Below are positions 1-12,855 of a DNA stretch of 64,000 nt, one piece after another. Under the pieces are notes generated by a model. The model was not told the origin of the DNA and did no database searches. It was given only the letters and a program-made list of their open reading frames with translations. Every line of letters begins with the position of its first letter. Positions within the stretch are counted from its first letter, which is position 1. The position numbers and the translations under genes were made by a program. Origin of the DNA: Octopus vulgaris (taxonomy: Eukaryota); the NCBI GenBank assembly GCA_951406725.2, contig OX597815.1:36518001-36582000 (forward strand), given 5' to 3'.

Positions 1-762
1 TTACTCAGGTTTCTGAAGGCGGGAGTATGAAGCTGAGAGTGTGTGTGTCTGTATTTAGTAATGCACACGAGTAGTGGCAGGGATGGTGGAGGTGGTGTAG
101 AGTAATCAAAAAGATTATTTAAATGTAGTTTATACATGTTCTTATTGAAAATGAGTGAATTACATTTACATGAATACACCAATGTATTTTCAACCCGAAA
201 GTTTCCGCATTTCGATGCATGTAGAACTGAGGTACAGTCTTTTCATCTAGGTTCACCTGTTAGCCAATTCATGTACTTTACATAGAATAGTTTGTAATAT
301 TACTTTATCTCTCTCTCTCTCACACACACACATATATATATACATATATATTCATATATATTCTTTTGGTTTAGTCATTTGATTGCGGCCATGCTACATA
401 CACACACATAAAATACATACAGCTGGGGTGAATGTACTATAATTTGATTTTATCAAGGGCATTAAAACCACTCCCACTTTTCCCTTAACCCCTTTTTTTT
501 CTAGAAGTGGCTTGGGATGTTATCGAGTAAAGAAAAAAAGTCAACACCGAAAGAATGCAATTGAAGTTATCCTAAAGTTGAACTCAAGAATGTCGAAGGA
601 TGATACTATATGCTAATTGTTGAGCATCTGATGTCCAACAATTCTGCGAAGTAATCGCGTTGTTGATTCGTAATACTAATTTCCTTTTGACTAGGCCCAA
701 AGGTTCTGCTTTTAAGTGAAGGGGAGATGTTCGTATCGATCCCGAGAGCATTAGCAGTGTAT

Positions 763-845
763 TCACCAGCGGACTGAAATCACATCGTTTGCCGGTCGCG
801 TACTTGTTCTACAACGCTCAACACTTGATGATTTTGTAAATTCAT
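763..845 (-). CDS. Candidate exon segment ending in TGA (DEFTKSSSVERCRTSTRPANDVISVRW*); terminal exon or uORF end
   Basis: Minus-strand acceptor ttgttatttattgaaAG at 847-846. Phase-1 frame is open to TGA at 765-763 and is phase-compatible with donors at 2798 and 12724. Unique, CpG-retaining sequence. No homology recognised. Confidence 0.3.
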
Positions 846-1094
846 CTTTCAATAAATAACAATATATTAAACAACCCCTCGAGTGTATCGATCCATCTTC
901 CACGACAAATTTTCAGTTTTGTACGTATGGAAGAACTTTATATTCTAAAAATGCAATAAGAGTTAGTCTCAGCGGAATCGAATCCACAAGTTATTGCGAA
1001 TCCTGCTAAAAGTCAATTAACTAAAGTCATCGCGAAAGACGCAAGTGTCACGTAATTCCTATCATCTTCACTATAAATATTTTGTAAAATATTG

Positions 1095-1245
1095 GTTTCA
1101 AATTTTGGTACAAGACCAACAATTTCGGAGGAAAGGGCAAGTCAATTACATCGACCCCATTGCTAAACTGGTATTTATTGTATCGACCCCGAAAGGATGA
1201 AAGGCAAAGTTGACCTCGGCGGAATTTGAATTCAGAAAGTAAAAT
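1095..1245 (-). mobile_element. Nin/Deu-domain-type SINE fragment
   Basis: Contains tcgaccccgaaaggatgaaaggcaaagttgacctcggcggaatttgaa, shared with many copies in the window. Confidence 0.75.
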
Positions 1246-2798
1246 TATTTGTAAAACACTGATATTAATGTGAAATTATCACAAATATTGAAGCATCTGA
1301 TTCAAGTGGTCGTGTGGATCTATGAATTCATATATAAAGCGCAAATGAATATAGTGTGTACTGCGTGAAGTTGTAGAAGTTTCTTCATTAATATTTAGAC
1401 CTGTCAATTATTGAGTAAAATTAATTTCTGACAGAGATCTTCAAACACGCGGTCGTATTACAACTAAATAATAATAATGATGATTGTAACAAATTTCATC
1501 ATTTCGACTAGTGGGATATTAATAATATAATATACTCTTCTAACGTTAATAAAGTAATCATTAAAACTATCAATTATCTTTCTGAATTGACTATCCTCAT
1601 AAACAGATTATAATGAATATGTAATGACGTATAATAAAATTTATAAATATCAACCTAATTCATTATAAATTGATATATACACATTTTCACTCACTTGAAT
1701 TATGTAGCAAAAATATTTAACATATCGTTTTAACTATTTTCCCTTTTTATTTTAGTTGATTTTCATTTGTAAAAAGTTTATTAATCTCTCTTGAGCTTTT
1801 ATGGCAACAGAAAAATATCTTACGAGTAATTACAATCTTTAACAATATTACTGTGTTTTATGCTGCCCTTGAGGCGAAAAAGAAAACGCTGAGAAGATTT
1901 TATGTTTTTTTTCTTTACATCAATCGCAAAATTGTTCATTTGTTATAAATCTAAGTGTATCGAAATGTTTTCAAACTTAGTGTAAAAGTTTATGAAGCTG
2001 TTCGGGAAGCGTGTAAATGACAAATTATGACATTCACGCTTCCTACTAAGTGTGTAACACTAATGTGAAATAATAATAATGATTTCTGAGATTCAGTGTC
2101 TAGAAATTTAATCCCCTAAATTTTATTTTAGCATGCCAATACAAATTAATCTTAGCTAGTTTTTCTTTCTTTACTATGCCTCTCGACAAACTTAATAGAC
2201 ATATTTATTGATATTTCCTTTTCTAACAAAAAATAATATTAATACAAATCAAACGATTTTCCCACTTTACCGTCTCATATAAATTCTAAAGTGGATCTTA
2301 AATTAACAACCTGTTAAACTGATTATAAAGAGAATTAGTTAACGAGACACTCCAAACACACAACGCATCTTTAGATGGTTGTGTTGGAGTTCTGTTACAT
2401 CATTCCAGTGCAATTTTATAAGGGAAACTATTCTAACTTTGATTAGGGCGGAAGAGAACAGATGACATATTACATGATTCAGATGAAACTTATTATTAAA
2501 GGCGAGTGCATGTTAGTGACAGTGTGTCTAAGACTGCGTGTTTGTTATGAGTCCATGATATATGCGTGTGATAACTTAAAACTTTACATTCCTGAGAATA
2601 ACAACAGGAATTTTTCTTTTTTTTTTTTTTCCTTTTTGACAACATCGATTTCTAACGCTATTTTCCTACTTCAAAGAAATCGAAACCGTTCATAAGAGAC
2701 TGCAAAAGAGTTACGTAGCATCCTATCTCACCGGCTCTTTCGTATAAAAGTTTTTTTGTATATATAAAAAGGAGAAAAAACTTTGGTGAAAGGCTTAC

Positions 2799-2832
2799 CT
2801 TCACTTCCGAGCCAGAGTGGTGTTGCTGCCAT
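2799..2832 (-). CDS. Candidate first coding exon or uORF start (MAATPLWLGSE, phase-1 end)
   Basis: ATG in an atcATGG context at 2832 and a strong donor AAG|GTAAGC at 2798. Local sequence is unique and retains CpG. Confidence 0.4.
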
Positions 2833-2836
2833 GATA

Positions 2837-2846
2837 GTGACGTCAC
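2837..2846. promoter_or_regulatory. Perfect CRE palindrome GTGACGTCAC
   Basis: TGACGTCA at 2838-2845, just upstream of the candidate ATG. Function is not demonstrated. Confidence 0.35.
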
Positions 2847-2924
2847 CGTAACACTATTGCTTAGTTGGTGCAATTAGGCCAGTCACAACGAGAGAAGCAT
2901 GGTTTTCAGCTAACAAGGAACTGC

Positions 2925-3232
2925 TCTCTTTCTTTCTTTCTCTGTCTGTCTGTCTATCTATCTCTCTTTCTCTGTCTGTCTGTCTATCTATCTATCTCTC
3001 TTTCTCTGTCTGTCTATCTATCTATCTATCTATCACTCTTTCTTTCTCTCTCTCTCTGTCTATCTATCTATCTCTCTTTATCTGTCTGTCTATCTATCTA
3101 TCTCTCTTTCTCTGTCTATCTATCTCTCTTTCTCTCTCTGTCTGTCTATCTATCTCTCTGTCTATCTATCTTTCTTTCTCTCTCTCTATCTTTCTCTCTA
3201 TCTATCTATCTATCTATCTATCTGTCTATCTC
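2925..3232. repeat. Compound (TCTA/TCTG/TC)n microsatellite
   Basis: Directly visible. Confidence 0.95.
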
Positions 3233-3599
3233 AATAAATGTTTCACTATTAGTTTTCTTTTCTATCATTCTCTACACATACTATATCTAGATAGATCAAT
3301 CCACTTTCTCTGTTGCTTTCTATCTGTCTGCCTGTCACTTTCTTTATTTCTCTTTTTCTCTCTCTCTCTCTATATACATATATTCATACTATAATCTGTA
3401 TGACTGTCTATATATATGTGTCTAAATTATACAAGATCCTATGCGTATATGTGTGACTATCTGTCCGTCTATATATGTATCTAAATTAAACTTTGTCTGG
3501 ATTTTATTCTTTCTTTCACTAACTTTTTTCTCTGAATGTGTGTGTGTGTGTACATTATCAATTTTCTGAACTTTTAATTTTCTTTCTTACTCTTTCTTT

Positions 3600-3653
<54 letters not shown>

Positions 3654-3910
3654 TTTACTTTCCTTGTGTTTCCCTCTCTCTCACATTTACTTTCCTTATG
3701 TTTCCCTCTCTCTTTACACCTACGTCGCTCTCTCTCTCTCTCGCTCTCTCTCTCCCCTCTGTGTCTCCTGTCTCTCTCTCTCTCTCTTTGACTTACTTTC
3801 TCTCACTTCTGTGTTGTCTAACATTATCTCCAGCGTCTCATTTTTTTCTTCCCGCACAAATTCACCACTTACTTCTTCATTCTCTCTCTCTCTCTCTCTC
3901 TCTCCGTATG

Positions 3911-3970
<60 letters not shown>

Positions 3971-4426
3971 TGTATGTATGCACACGCATAATTTAGGATG
4001 ATGGTAATGACAAATAAAAACAAGGCTATATTTATACTCCAGTTTCTTATAACAAGTTCTTTAGCATCTGTCAACTAAATTCTCTATATTTAATCCACTT
4101 CTTCCTTGCCAGAGTTACATATATCATAGTACTAAGTGACAGCTAGAACTCGTTCAAACTATTCAGGCATTTATTTTTGGAAGTATCAACGAGAAGTGGG
4201 GCGGAATTATTCTAAACGATCTTTGTATCTACTTTATCTCTAACGTAGTTCGATAATGTGTGCAATCATAGCTGTATGGTTTAGAAGTTTGCATTGCAAC
4301 CATGTTGTATTGAGTTTGATTTCAATGCATGGTGTACTGATCAAAAGCTTTTGATGTGGCCTTAGGTTAACTAATAAGTTGCGAGTGAAATTTGGTGTGG
4401 AAGCCCGTGCTATAATATTTAGGCAC

Positions 4427-4570
4427 CGGTAGCATAGCTAAGGAAGAGGGCGGTCCGTCTCGGGCGACGCTTTTACGGGAGCGACACCTTTGGGTCTACA
4501 GTATAAGAATGTTTAGGCTCTGGTGACCCGGCGCGTGGGATGCTGGAAACTCAAGGGCTACGCAATTGGT
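4427..4570. mobile_element. Small GC-rich hAT-like MITE (degenerate)
   Basis: Ends ccggtagcatagct ... ggctacgcaattgg resemble CAGTGGCGTAGC/GCTACGCCACTG-type TIRs. Confidence 0.35.
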
Positions 4571-5210
4571 CGGCAGAAATATGGTTGTGTGGTTAAGAAG
4601 TATTCTTCACAACCACGTGCTTTTGGGTTCACCCCACTCGCCACTGCATAGCACCTTGCACAAGTGTCTTCTACTATAGATTCAAGCTATAGTTGAAGTG
4701 AATTATATAGATGGAGACTATAGGAATCTTAAAGCATGTGTCATCATCTTCATCAATATTTTAATATCCAGCTTTCACGCTGGCATAGGTGTGCGTGCGT
4801 TCGTTCGTGCGTATGTGTGTGTGTGCAGTGAAATGTGTGAATGTTGATATCTCATGGCTTCACTTGAAGGAAATAGGGATATGATGTTTACGTCATTCTT
4901 TGATGACATTATGACTAATTGCTCTGCACTTTCAAAGGCTTATCTAACATACATCCCCTCATCCAACCCATACTAGCATAAAAAAATGCAGCTGTTAAAC
5001 AAATAGCCATCATCATCATCAACATAATCATTGTCATAGTCATCATCATCATCAACAAATTATATCCAGTTTCCATGCTAGTATACCAGTTTAAGACAAA
5101 ATTTTTTTCAGATTTTCACTGATGAATTTTGGCAACCTGTATCTCCATGTTATATCATTAATTTGATTCAACGTGTTATCCAATTGTTGCTGAATTGTTT
5201 ATTTTTTATT

Positions 5211-5580
5211 ATGGTTCCGGGTTCAGTCCCACTGCGTGGCATCTTGGGCAAGTGTCTTCTGCTATAGCCCCGGGCCGACCAATGCCTTGTGAGTGGATTT
5301 GGTAGACAGAAACTGAAAGAAGCCTGTCGTATATATGTATATATATATATATGTGTGTGTTTGTGTGTCTGTGTTTGTCCCCCTAGCATTACTTGACAAC
5401 CGATGCTGGTGTGTTTACGTCACTTAGCGGTTCGGCAAAAAGAGACCGATAGAATAAGTACTGGGCTTACAAAGAATAAGTCCCGGGGTCGATTTGCTCG
5501 ACTAAAGGCGGTGCTCCAGCATGGCCGCAGTCAAATGACTGAAACAAGTAAAAGAAAGAAAAGAAAGAAAGAAAGAAATA
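5211..5580 (+). mobile_element. tRNA-derived SINE (family B), 5'-truncated
   Basis: Close match to the full copy at 46726-47189. Internal (TA)n(TG)n tract and (AAAG)n tail. Confidence 0.85.
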
Positions 5581-5582
5581 TA

Positions 5583-6078
5583 TCTATATTAATAAAAGCA
5601 AAATTCTGTCTGTCCATCTGGGGCACCTGTATCATTCTACAATTGCTCTACATAGACATATTATACCTTTTTGGAATCAGGATGATCCTGGGATTGAAAA
5701 CCTACCCTTCATTAGGTTCTTGAACATCCGGCATTGAGATCTGATTAAAAAGTATTTCGGTTGCTATTTCTTGCAAGTAAAGCTTGGCTGATTCACGCTA
5801 TCTTGGTTGGCGTTTGTCTGATAACATCAGAGATCAAGGGGGAGACAAACAACATTCGCTTAGTTAATTTTACATTGAGATAAGAACTTTGGGACAAATT
5901 GGTCAACAATAGGAATTTAACAACAGAATGATTGCATTACAGAATTAATTCTCATCCGGCCTTAACTTCTGATCAAACACCACCAAGGCATATAGTCATT
6001 ATAGGCATATTATAGTCATGCTATTTAGCTCCCTTTAGTTTTGGGCCTCAGGCGCAATCAGCCCTCTGCAGGAGCTAG
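5583..6078 (+). mobile_element. Non-autonomous Helitron-like element
   Basis: Starts A|TCTATATTAATAAAA. Subterminal gggc...gccc hairpin. Ends CTAG|T. Confidence 0.55.
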
Positions 6079-6099
6079 TTTAAAAGTTTGCATGGATTG

Positions 6100-7390
6100 C
6101 AGCTTTTAAGCCAGTAACATATAAGCATTAATTGTTTATTCTTTATTTTACAGCTTTGATAATAATGAGTTGTGAATAAATTGCAATTAGAGATATTTTA
6201 GTCTGTCTATGGAAGCAAAAGAAATTAATGATGTGGAAGGCCTGAGAACTGTCAATGAATGTGTAGCACAAGACTGGTTCAGACATTTCAAGAAAGGTGA
6301 TACCAGTCTCAAAGACATGCCAAGGTCAGGGAGACCGTCTGTTGTGGAAAATGGGACCATGCTTGAAATGGTTGAACAACAGCTAAGTACAAGCACTCAT
6401 ACACTGATGGCAGAATTTGGTCCTTGATAAAGCATCATCAACCAACACCTCAATAAGCTTGGTCTTGTGAAAAGATGCTCTCTAGAAGTTCCTTGTGAAC
6501 TGATCAATGACCAGGTTCAGTGATGTGTGAACATTTGCAAACAACTACAAGCAAATCCTCAAGATTCCTGTTTTGAGCACTGAATTGTAATCCTAATAAG
6601 AGAAACCAATGGCTTTATTCTAGCCAGGCTTCAGAACCTGTTGTCAAACAAGATTGGTTTGAACAGAAGTTTATATTGTGTTGGGTGGAATTTTGAAGAG
6701 TTGTTGAGCCTTGTGTTTGTCCCAGATGGTCATGATATGAACACTAAACTTTATGTTCAGCCACTACAGCAAGTATATGATGCTTCGAAAGCCCACTACA
6801 TGGCAATTGGTCAATTGAAGATGCACACTCCTACAGGTATGACAATACCCCAGGATATACTTATTTCTTTACTACCCACAAGGGGCTAAACACAGGGGGG
6901 ACAGACAAACGGATTAAGTCGATTACATCGACCCCAGTGCATAACTGGTACTTAATTTATTGACCCCGAAAGGATGAAAGGCAAAGTCGACCTCGGTGGA
7001 ATTTGAACTCAGAACGCAGCAGCAGACGAAATACAGCTACGCATTTCGCCCGGCATGCTAACGTTTCTGCCAGTTCGCCACCTTACCCCAGGATATACTG
7101 ATAATGTGACCAAATGCCAGCTGGAGGGGTTGGAAGTACTGCCTCACCCTGACTACAGTCCAGACTTTGCACCATCAAGACCACCTTTTCTGAGATATGG
7201 ACCATTTCCTTCAAGTTTGGCAGTGTTGATGATGTTGAAAATAGGTGCAGAGAGTTTGTTTGCCTCTAAACTAGCCAAATAATATAAACCTCACATGATG
7301 ACAACAGACATTAGAACTTGATGGGATATAATTTAATCAATAAATGCTTTTCATATGTAATTTGAACTATTCATTAAAGCTTGAAATACA
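6100..7390 (+). mobile_element. Decayed mariner transposase remnant
   Basis: HTH segment WFRHFKKGDTSLKDMPRSGRP and VLPHPDYSPDFAPS (YSPDLAP-type motif). Contains stops and frameshifts and is interrupted by a SINE. Confidence 0.85.
6862..7085 (-). mobile_element. Nin-type SINE nested in mariner
   Basis: Full family motif including head (ctggcagaaacgttagcatgccgggcgaaatg on the minus strand). Confidence 0.85.
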
Positions 7391-7906
7391 ATAAAACATT
7401 TGACTCAGCCTGGTAAATTGGTTAGGTTACCCCAGTCTGGGTCAGTCCTTATATGCAGTGCATGCTCTCTGAGACAGGTCAGAAAACCAGGTCTTGCTCA
7501 CATGTTCCAACATCATTGGTTAGATGCCCTACTAGACACCATCACTATACATAGAATACTGGGTACATTTTATTGTTGCACCAGCACGAGATAGGGCATT
7601 AATATGTTTGTGTGTGTGTGTTTGTGTAACAGTGTAAATCAATGTATTGATTTTTATCCCTTAATGACAAACAGTAGCATTTAGCTATTTCATAAACAGA
7701 TGAAATAAGTTCTGCAGTTAATTGAGAACAAACACACACATACATATATGACGTGCTTCTTTCAGTTTCCATCTACCAAATTGACCCACAAGGTTTTAGT
7801 TGGCCTGAGGCTATAATAGAAGAGACTTGCCCAAAGTGTCATGCAGTGGCACTGAGCCCAGAACCATCTGGTTAAAAAACAAGCTTTTTTACCACACAGC
7901 CTCCAC

Positions 7907-7937
<31 letters not shown>

Positions 7938-8135
7938 GTTGTGTGTATGTATGTGCATGTGTGCGTGTGTGCATGTGTGTGTGTGTGCATTGAACAAATC
8001 GACTCCAGAACTCATTCATTGTAGCCTAGTATTTATTCTATCATTCTCTTTTGCTGAACCGCTATGTTATGGAGATGTAAACACACTAACATTGGTTGTC
8101 AAGCGATGGTGAGGTGATAAACACACACACAAACA

Positions 8136-8658
8136 TCTCTCTATATATAAACGGCAGTTTGTCTGTCTGTGTATCTGTGTGTCTGTCAGGTTGTACCCTC
8201 ACCCTGACCACGGCTTTCAACCGATTCTGATGAAACTTGACACACACATAGCCCAATGTCATAATTCAAAACTAACGCAGCAAAAATTTTGAAAAGTTCC
8301 CCCAGTTCTGAAAAAAATTGATAAATTCGACATGGGGTCGAGAATCTAAGCTTTTTATTTGCAACACATTTTCTGTTGTAGTTTTCGCAACTTGCAATCG
8401 ATTTTGACCAAACTCATGGTGAAGCTTAATGTTACCCTAAGAAACTTAATTCTGACGTTAGTTTTCCATGCAATACCTTACCATCAGAAAAAATCGATAA
8501 AATCATGCCATTTTGGGAAATCGCGTTCAAATTCAAGATGACATATTTTCGACAATATCTTTCACAAATTGGCAGGAATTTTTTTAAAATTCACACCGAG
8601 CATCATGTCTGCTCCAGGGGCTCTTACATACCCGCGCAATGCCGGGCTATGCTGCTAG
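8136..8658 (+). mobile_element. Non-autonomous Helitron
   Basis: Starts A|TCTCTCTATATATAAA. 3' hairpin cccgcgcaatgccggg. Ends CTAG|T, no TSD. Confidence 0.75.
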
Positions 8659-8661
8659 TAA

Positions 8662-8705
<44 letters not shown>

Positions 8706-9120
8706 CTGATATAGGATGAAATTTTCGAAAAAATTTTATCAGTGGCCAGCGTATTAAAAATACCTTTAAAGGCTAAATTATGAATTATATGTGGTTGTTG
8801 ATGATTTAAGTCTATTTTCGGCATATTTGGCATTAGAAAAATTTTTTCTTTTGCCCTTGTTTCACTGAGGCCTCTGGTCATTCTGGCTGATTGGCTAACT
8901 GGTACTAGTAGGAGCCTATTGGGTAAGAAAAACAGAAATAGTGTATTATAGCTAAGACCTGCACAGATGCTGCATTGCAAAGAGGGTCTAAGCGCACTGC
9001 TGAATTTTAAAATATGATGTCAGACTTTAGAAAATGTTTGCTAAATGTCTTGAAAACATGTTAATAATTTTGTTGTATACAAGTATGATTAATGAAACAT
9101 GTCAAGCAACATTTTTTTCC

Positions 9121-9370
9121 TTTTATTCTTTTACTTGTTTCAGTCATTTGACTGTGGCCATGCTGGGGCACCATCTTGAAGAATTTTAGTTGAACAAATC
9201 AACCCCAGGACTTTTTTTTTAAAGCCTAGTACTTATTCTATTGGGCTCTTTTGCCAAATCACTAAGTTATGGGGATATAAACACACCAACACAGGCTATC
9301 AAGCAGTAATGGGTGGGGGGGCAAATACAAACACAAAGGCACACACACACACATATATACATGCACACAT

Positions 9371-9403
<33 letters not shown>

Positions 9404-9575
9404 TGACAAGCTTCTTTCAGTTTCCGTCTCCCAAATCTGTCTCACAGTTTTTGTCTCACAAGGCTTTGGTCATCACGAGGCTGTAATAGAAGACACTTGC
9501 CCAAGGTGCCATGCAGTGGGACTGAACTCAGAACCATGTGGTTGGGAAGCAAACTTCTTAAACATACAGCTAAAC
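9121..9575 (-). mobile_element. tRNA-derived SINE (family B)
   Basis: Reverse-complement match to 46726-47189. Confidence 0.8.
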
Positions 9576-10784
9576 TTGTGCATAAATTTCTGACTTTAGA
9601 AAAAGTTTTTATTTAAACTTGCCATATAAAATACATCAATATTTTTTTAAAATTTCATCTAAAATGTGCTACCATGTGAAAAAATTTAAGGACCAAACAG
9701 TAATAACTGAGCATTTCTATGAAACAATTTATTGCAAACCACTGATCAGCTTTGTGGATGAAGTAAAAGCTCAGTTAAATAGCAATCAACAGGGTCATAA
9801 ACAATATAATACATACAACTATTGTAAATAAATAAAAGAAAAAAAACTTGTAAAAATAAGTGGAAATTTTAAGCTTTTAAGGAACAATAAAAGAGGTTAG
9901 GCAGGAAGCCAAATGTCAAGTTTACCCAGTAAAAGACATTGCAAGACAACGAATCATGTTGAATCAGGATGTTATTGTGAAGAAGTATCTGAAATTTAAT
10001 ATATATATAAGTACATTAACTTTCAGTGAAAATGAAATATAAGAAGTATAGATGTGTCTCAGAAGCAGGTTCTTCTTATTGCTATTGTTTAACCACTGGT
10101 CAAACCTGATTGAGCAGACCTATGATCAAAAGTGTTCCATCTATGACCATACTGTCTTTTTTAAGAGAGTAGGGTGAAATTTATGGGAGATTTGGATATT
10201 ATTTCTTGTAGGTTGAGAGCAACCGCACAAACCTTCCCTTGTTGGCTCCCCATGAGAGGTTGCCGAATGAAGAGTACGAAAACAGAGTTTACACTCTGAA
10301 AAACATAGATTATCAGCAATCATACAGGAAGCTGTTAAATACATAACAACTTGCAAAGCTGCAAGCCTTTTATGGATAATTGCTGAGGATTTGAAATTTG
10401 AGAATATATTAGTGTCACACTAGTCACTAGTTAATTAGTTTGTAGAGGAAGGATTTTTTGTCTCTGATGACTATCATAGCATCATGAACTGTCAAATTAT
10501 ATAAAGGTAAAGGAGATGGGGGGGGGGAGAAAAAGAGAGAAATTTAAAACTCCAGTTTTGGTCAGTGTAAAAATAATTATAGGGCAATTTGATACAAGAT
10601 AGATTTAGGCTGAGTTTGAAACAGAAATGCTATATTTATTGTATTACAGCTACAAAAATATGAAGTTTTCTTTCACATATGCAAACTCCAGAGAAAGCTT
10701 TTTCATTCCACTTATCTTTTTTTAGACCGAGAAAGTTTAGGACAATGATGAAGCTAAGCATGGATAAATGGTTCATGAGAATAT

Positions 10785-11183
10785 TCTTTTCTACTCTAAG
10801 CATAAGGCCCAAAATTTTTTGGAGGGGTCTAGTTGATTAGACCAACCCCAGAAAGCAACTGGTACTTAATTTATCGACCCTGAAAGAATGAAAAGCAAAG
10901 TCAGCCTCGGTGGAATTTGAACTCAGAACATAAAGACAGATGAAATACCTATTTCTTTACTACTCACAAGGTGCTAAACACAGAGGGGACAAACAAGGAC
11001 AGACAAATGGATTAAGTCGATTACATCCACCCCAGTGCATAATTGGTACTTAATTTATCGGCCCTGAAAGGATGAAAGGCAAAGTCAGCCTCGGTGGAAT
11101 TTGAACTCAGAACATAAAGACAAATGAAATACTGCTAAGCATTTTGCCTGGTGTGCTAATGTTTCTGCCAGCTCACTGCCTTG
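10785..11183 (-). mobile_element. Nin-type SINE with tandemly duplicated body
   Basis: Two successive copies of the ggtacttaatttatcg...gaactcagaacataaagaca module. Confidence 0.8.
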
Positions 11184-11949
11184 GTTCATGAGAATATTGC
11201 CCAAACTATGTATTGGGAAAATAGTCAGATTCATTAAATGATTCACAGAGGGAATATAAACTGGTGTCTGCAAATGCTCAGTCCTCACTTCTCTTTTATT
11301 TACATTTATCCTATTTCTTGAGGCACTCATCAGGGGATTCAGGACTAAATATCCTCCTCAGGGTCACTGAGGCATACAAGTTCATCATATCACAACATGA
11401 ACTGGATCTCGTGGTAGTCCCCTATTTCCAAGCAAGGTAATATTTTCTTTTCGTCCAGACACGTTTTCACAAAGGACTGCAAACAAATATCATCACATGT
11501 ACAACGGTGAGGTTTGTTTACAATTAAATGCAATGTCAAGACAAACATGCACTGGCACATGCACACACACACACACACATATGCACACACATACAGACTC
11601 TCTACCACACACACACACATACACGCAAGCACATACACATTAGGTTTCTTTTCAGTTTTTATCTCTCAAATTCACTCACAAGGCTTTGATCAGTCAACAG
11701 TTGTAGTAGAAGACATCTGCCCAAGGTACAATACAACAGGACTGAACCTGGAAACACATAGTTGTGAAGCAAGTTTCTTAACCACATAGCCATACTCCTT
11801 GAAACTTTTGTACAGCAGCAACAGACCAATTTTTAATGTTGGTGCTATGAAAGAGGTTCAAGAGTAGGTTCAAGTCAGAAAGATAAAAATGTAAATATGA
11901 TTACATAAAGGTACCAGTTAACAGAAACATTGAACGAAACAACTAAACA

Positions 11950-12160
11950 TGATTTTTCTATAAAGTTAATCCAAACAAGAAAACACAACAATGCGAGGAT
12001 GCGGAACAAATATAGTATTATTGGACGCTCAGGAAAGAAGGAGGGTTTAACGTTTCGAGCGGAGCTCTTCGTTGGAAACATAGGAGAAGGAAAGATCCAG
12101 AGAAGGGAAGACAGAGGAAAAAAAATCGCCAACGGTACACATGCGGTCACATTTTGAAAT
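11950..12160 (-). mobile_element. Penelope-like terminal fragment with degenerate minimal hammerhead
   Basis: Same family as 26200-26345, 31245-31403 and 40462-40642. Minus strand reads gttt-CCAACGA-a-gagc-tcc-gctc-GAAAC-GTT-aaac. Confidence 0.6.
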
Positions 12161-12523
12161 GCTTTTTCTATACATATTTATTTTAACACTGTAAAGCAAA
12201 GATCATACCTAAGTATAAACTAGTGAGCAGAACTAGGGTTGATGTCTTTACATAAAACAAACATACACTAACACACACATGCACACACACACATGCATGC
12301 ACACACACAAGCACACACACACACACACTCATGCACAGAGTCAATGACACACACTAACACACTCCTACATATTTATTATAATTATTATCTATATTAGGTT
12401 CCCTGTATCTTGAAAAACAATAGTATATGTCATGTATATGCATTTGTGTCATACAGATGCATATGTGCGTATGTGTGAATGTATGTATAGCATGTGCAAA
12501 TGTGTGTGTGCATATGTGTGTAC

Positions 12524-12559
<36 letters not shown>

Positions 12560-12724
12560 ATACACTTAAATTGAGAGAACAAGATATACCATATACTTAG
12601 AGTGCAAACAAACACTGATTCTTGAAACTAGAAACCAAGAGTAATTAGTGTTGCTGTTGTTGTTGTTGTTGCTGTAGGTATTGAAGATATAGTTGTAACT
12701 GCCATTGTTCCTGTTGCCACTCAC

Positions 12725-12743
12725 CCTCATACTTTCTTGAGAA
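12725..12743 (-). CDS. Candidate 19-nt micro-exon (FSRKYE+G)
   Basis: Long pyrimidine tract ending ttctttAG and a consensus donor AGG|GTGAGT. Confidence 0.5.
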
Positions 12744-12855
12744 CTAAAGAAACGAGAACTTGCCAAGAGAAATAAATTAAAATCAAGTTTGAAATGGGAA
12801 ATAAATAAGCACACATGTTGGGATGTCTGTGTGTATGCCTGTTTATATGTATGTA

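Noticed and set aside
584-766. 60-aa minus ORF overlapping the TGA at 765-763 (antizyme-like frameshift considered)
   Set aside because: No UCC-UGA shift site or antizyme similarity, and the start is non-ATG.
2865-4074. Long ORFs rich in LS, YI, HT or CV repeats (also 18797-19209, 30413-30956, 41378-41854, 52028-52614, 61753-62736)
   Set aside because: They are translations of microsatellites.
10265-10470. Weak resemblance to hAT/Buster transposase (IIQEAVKYITTCKA...)
   Set aside because: Too degenerate to support without a profile search.
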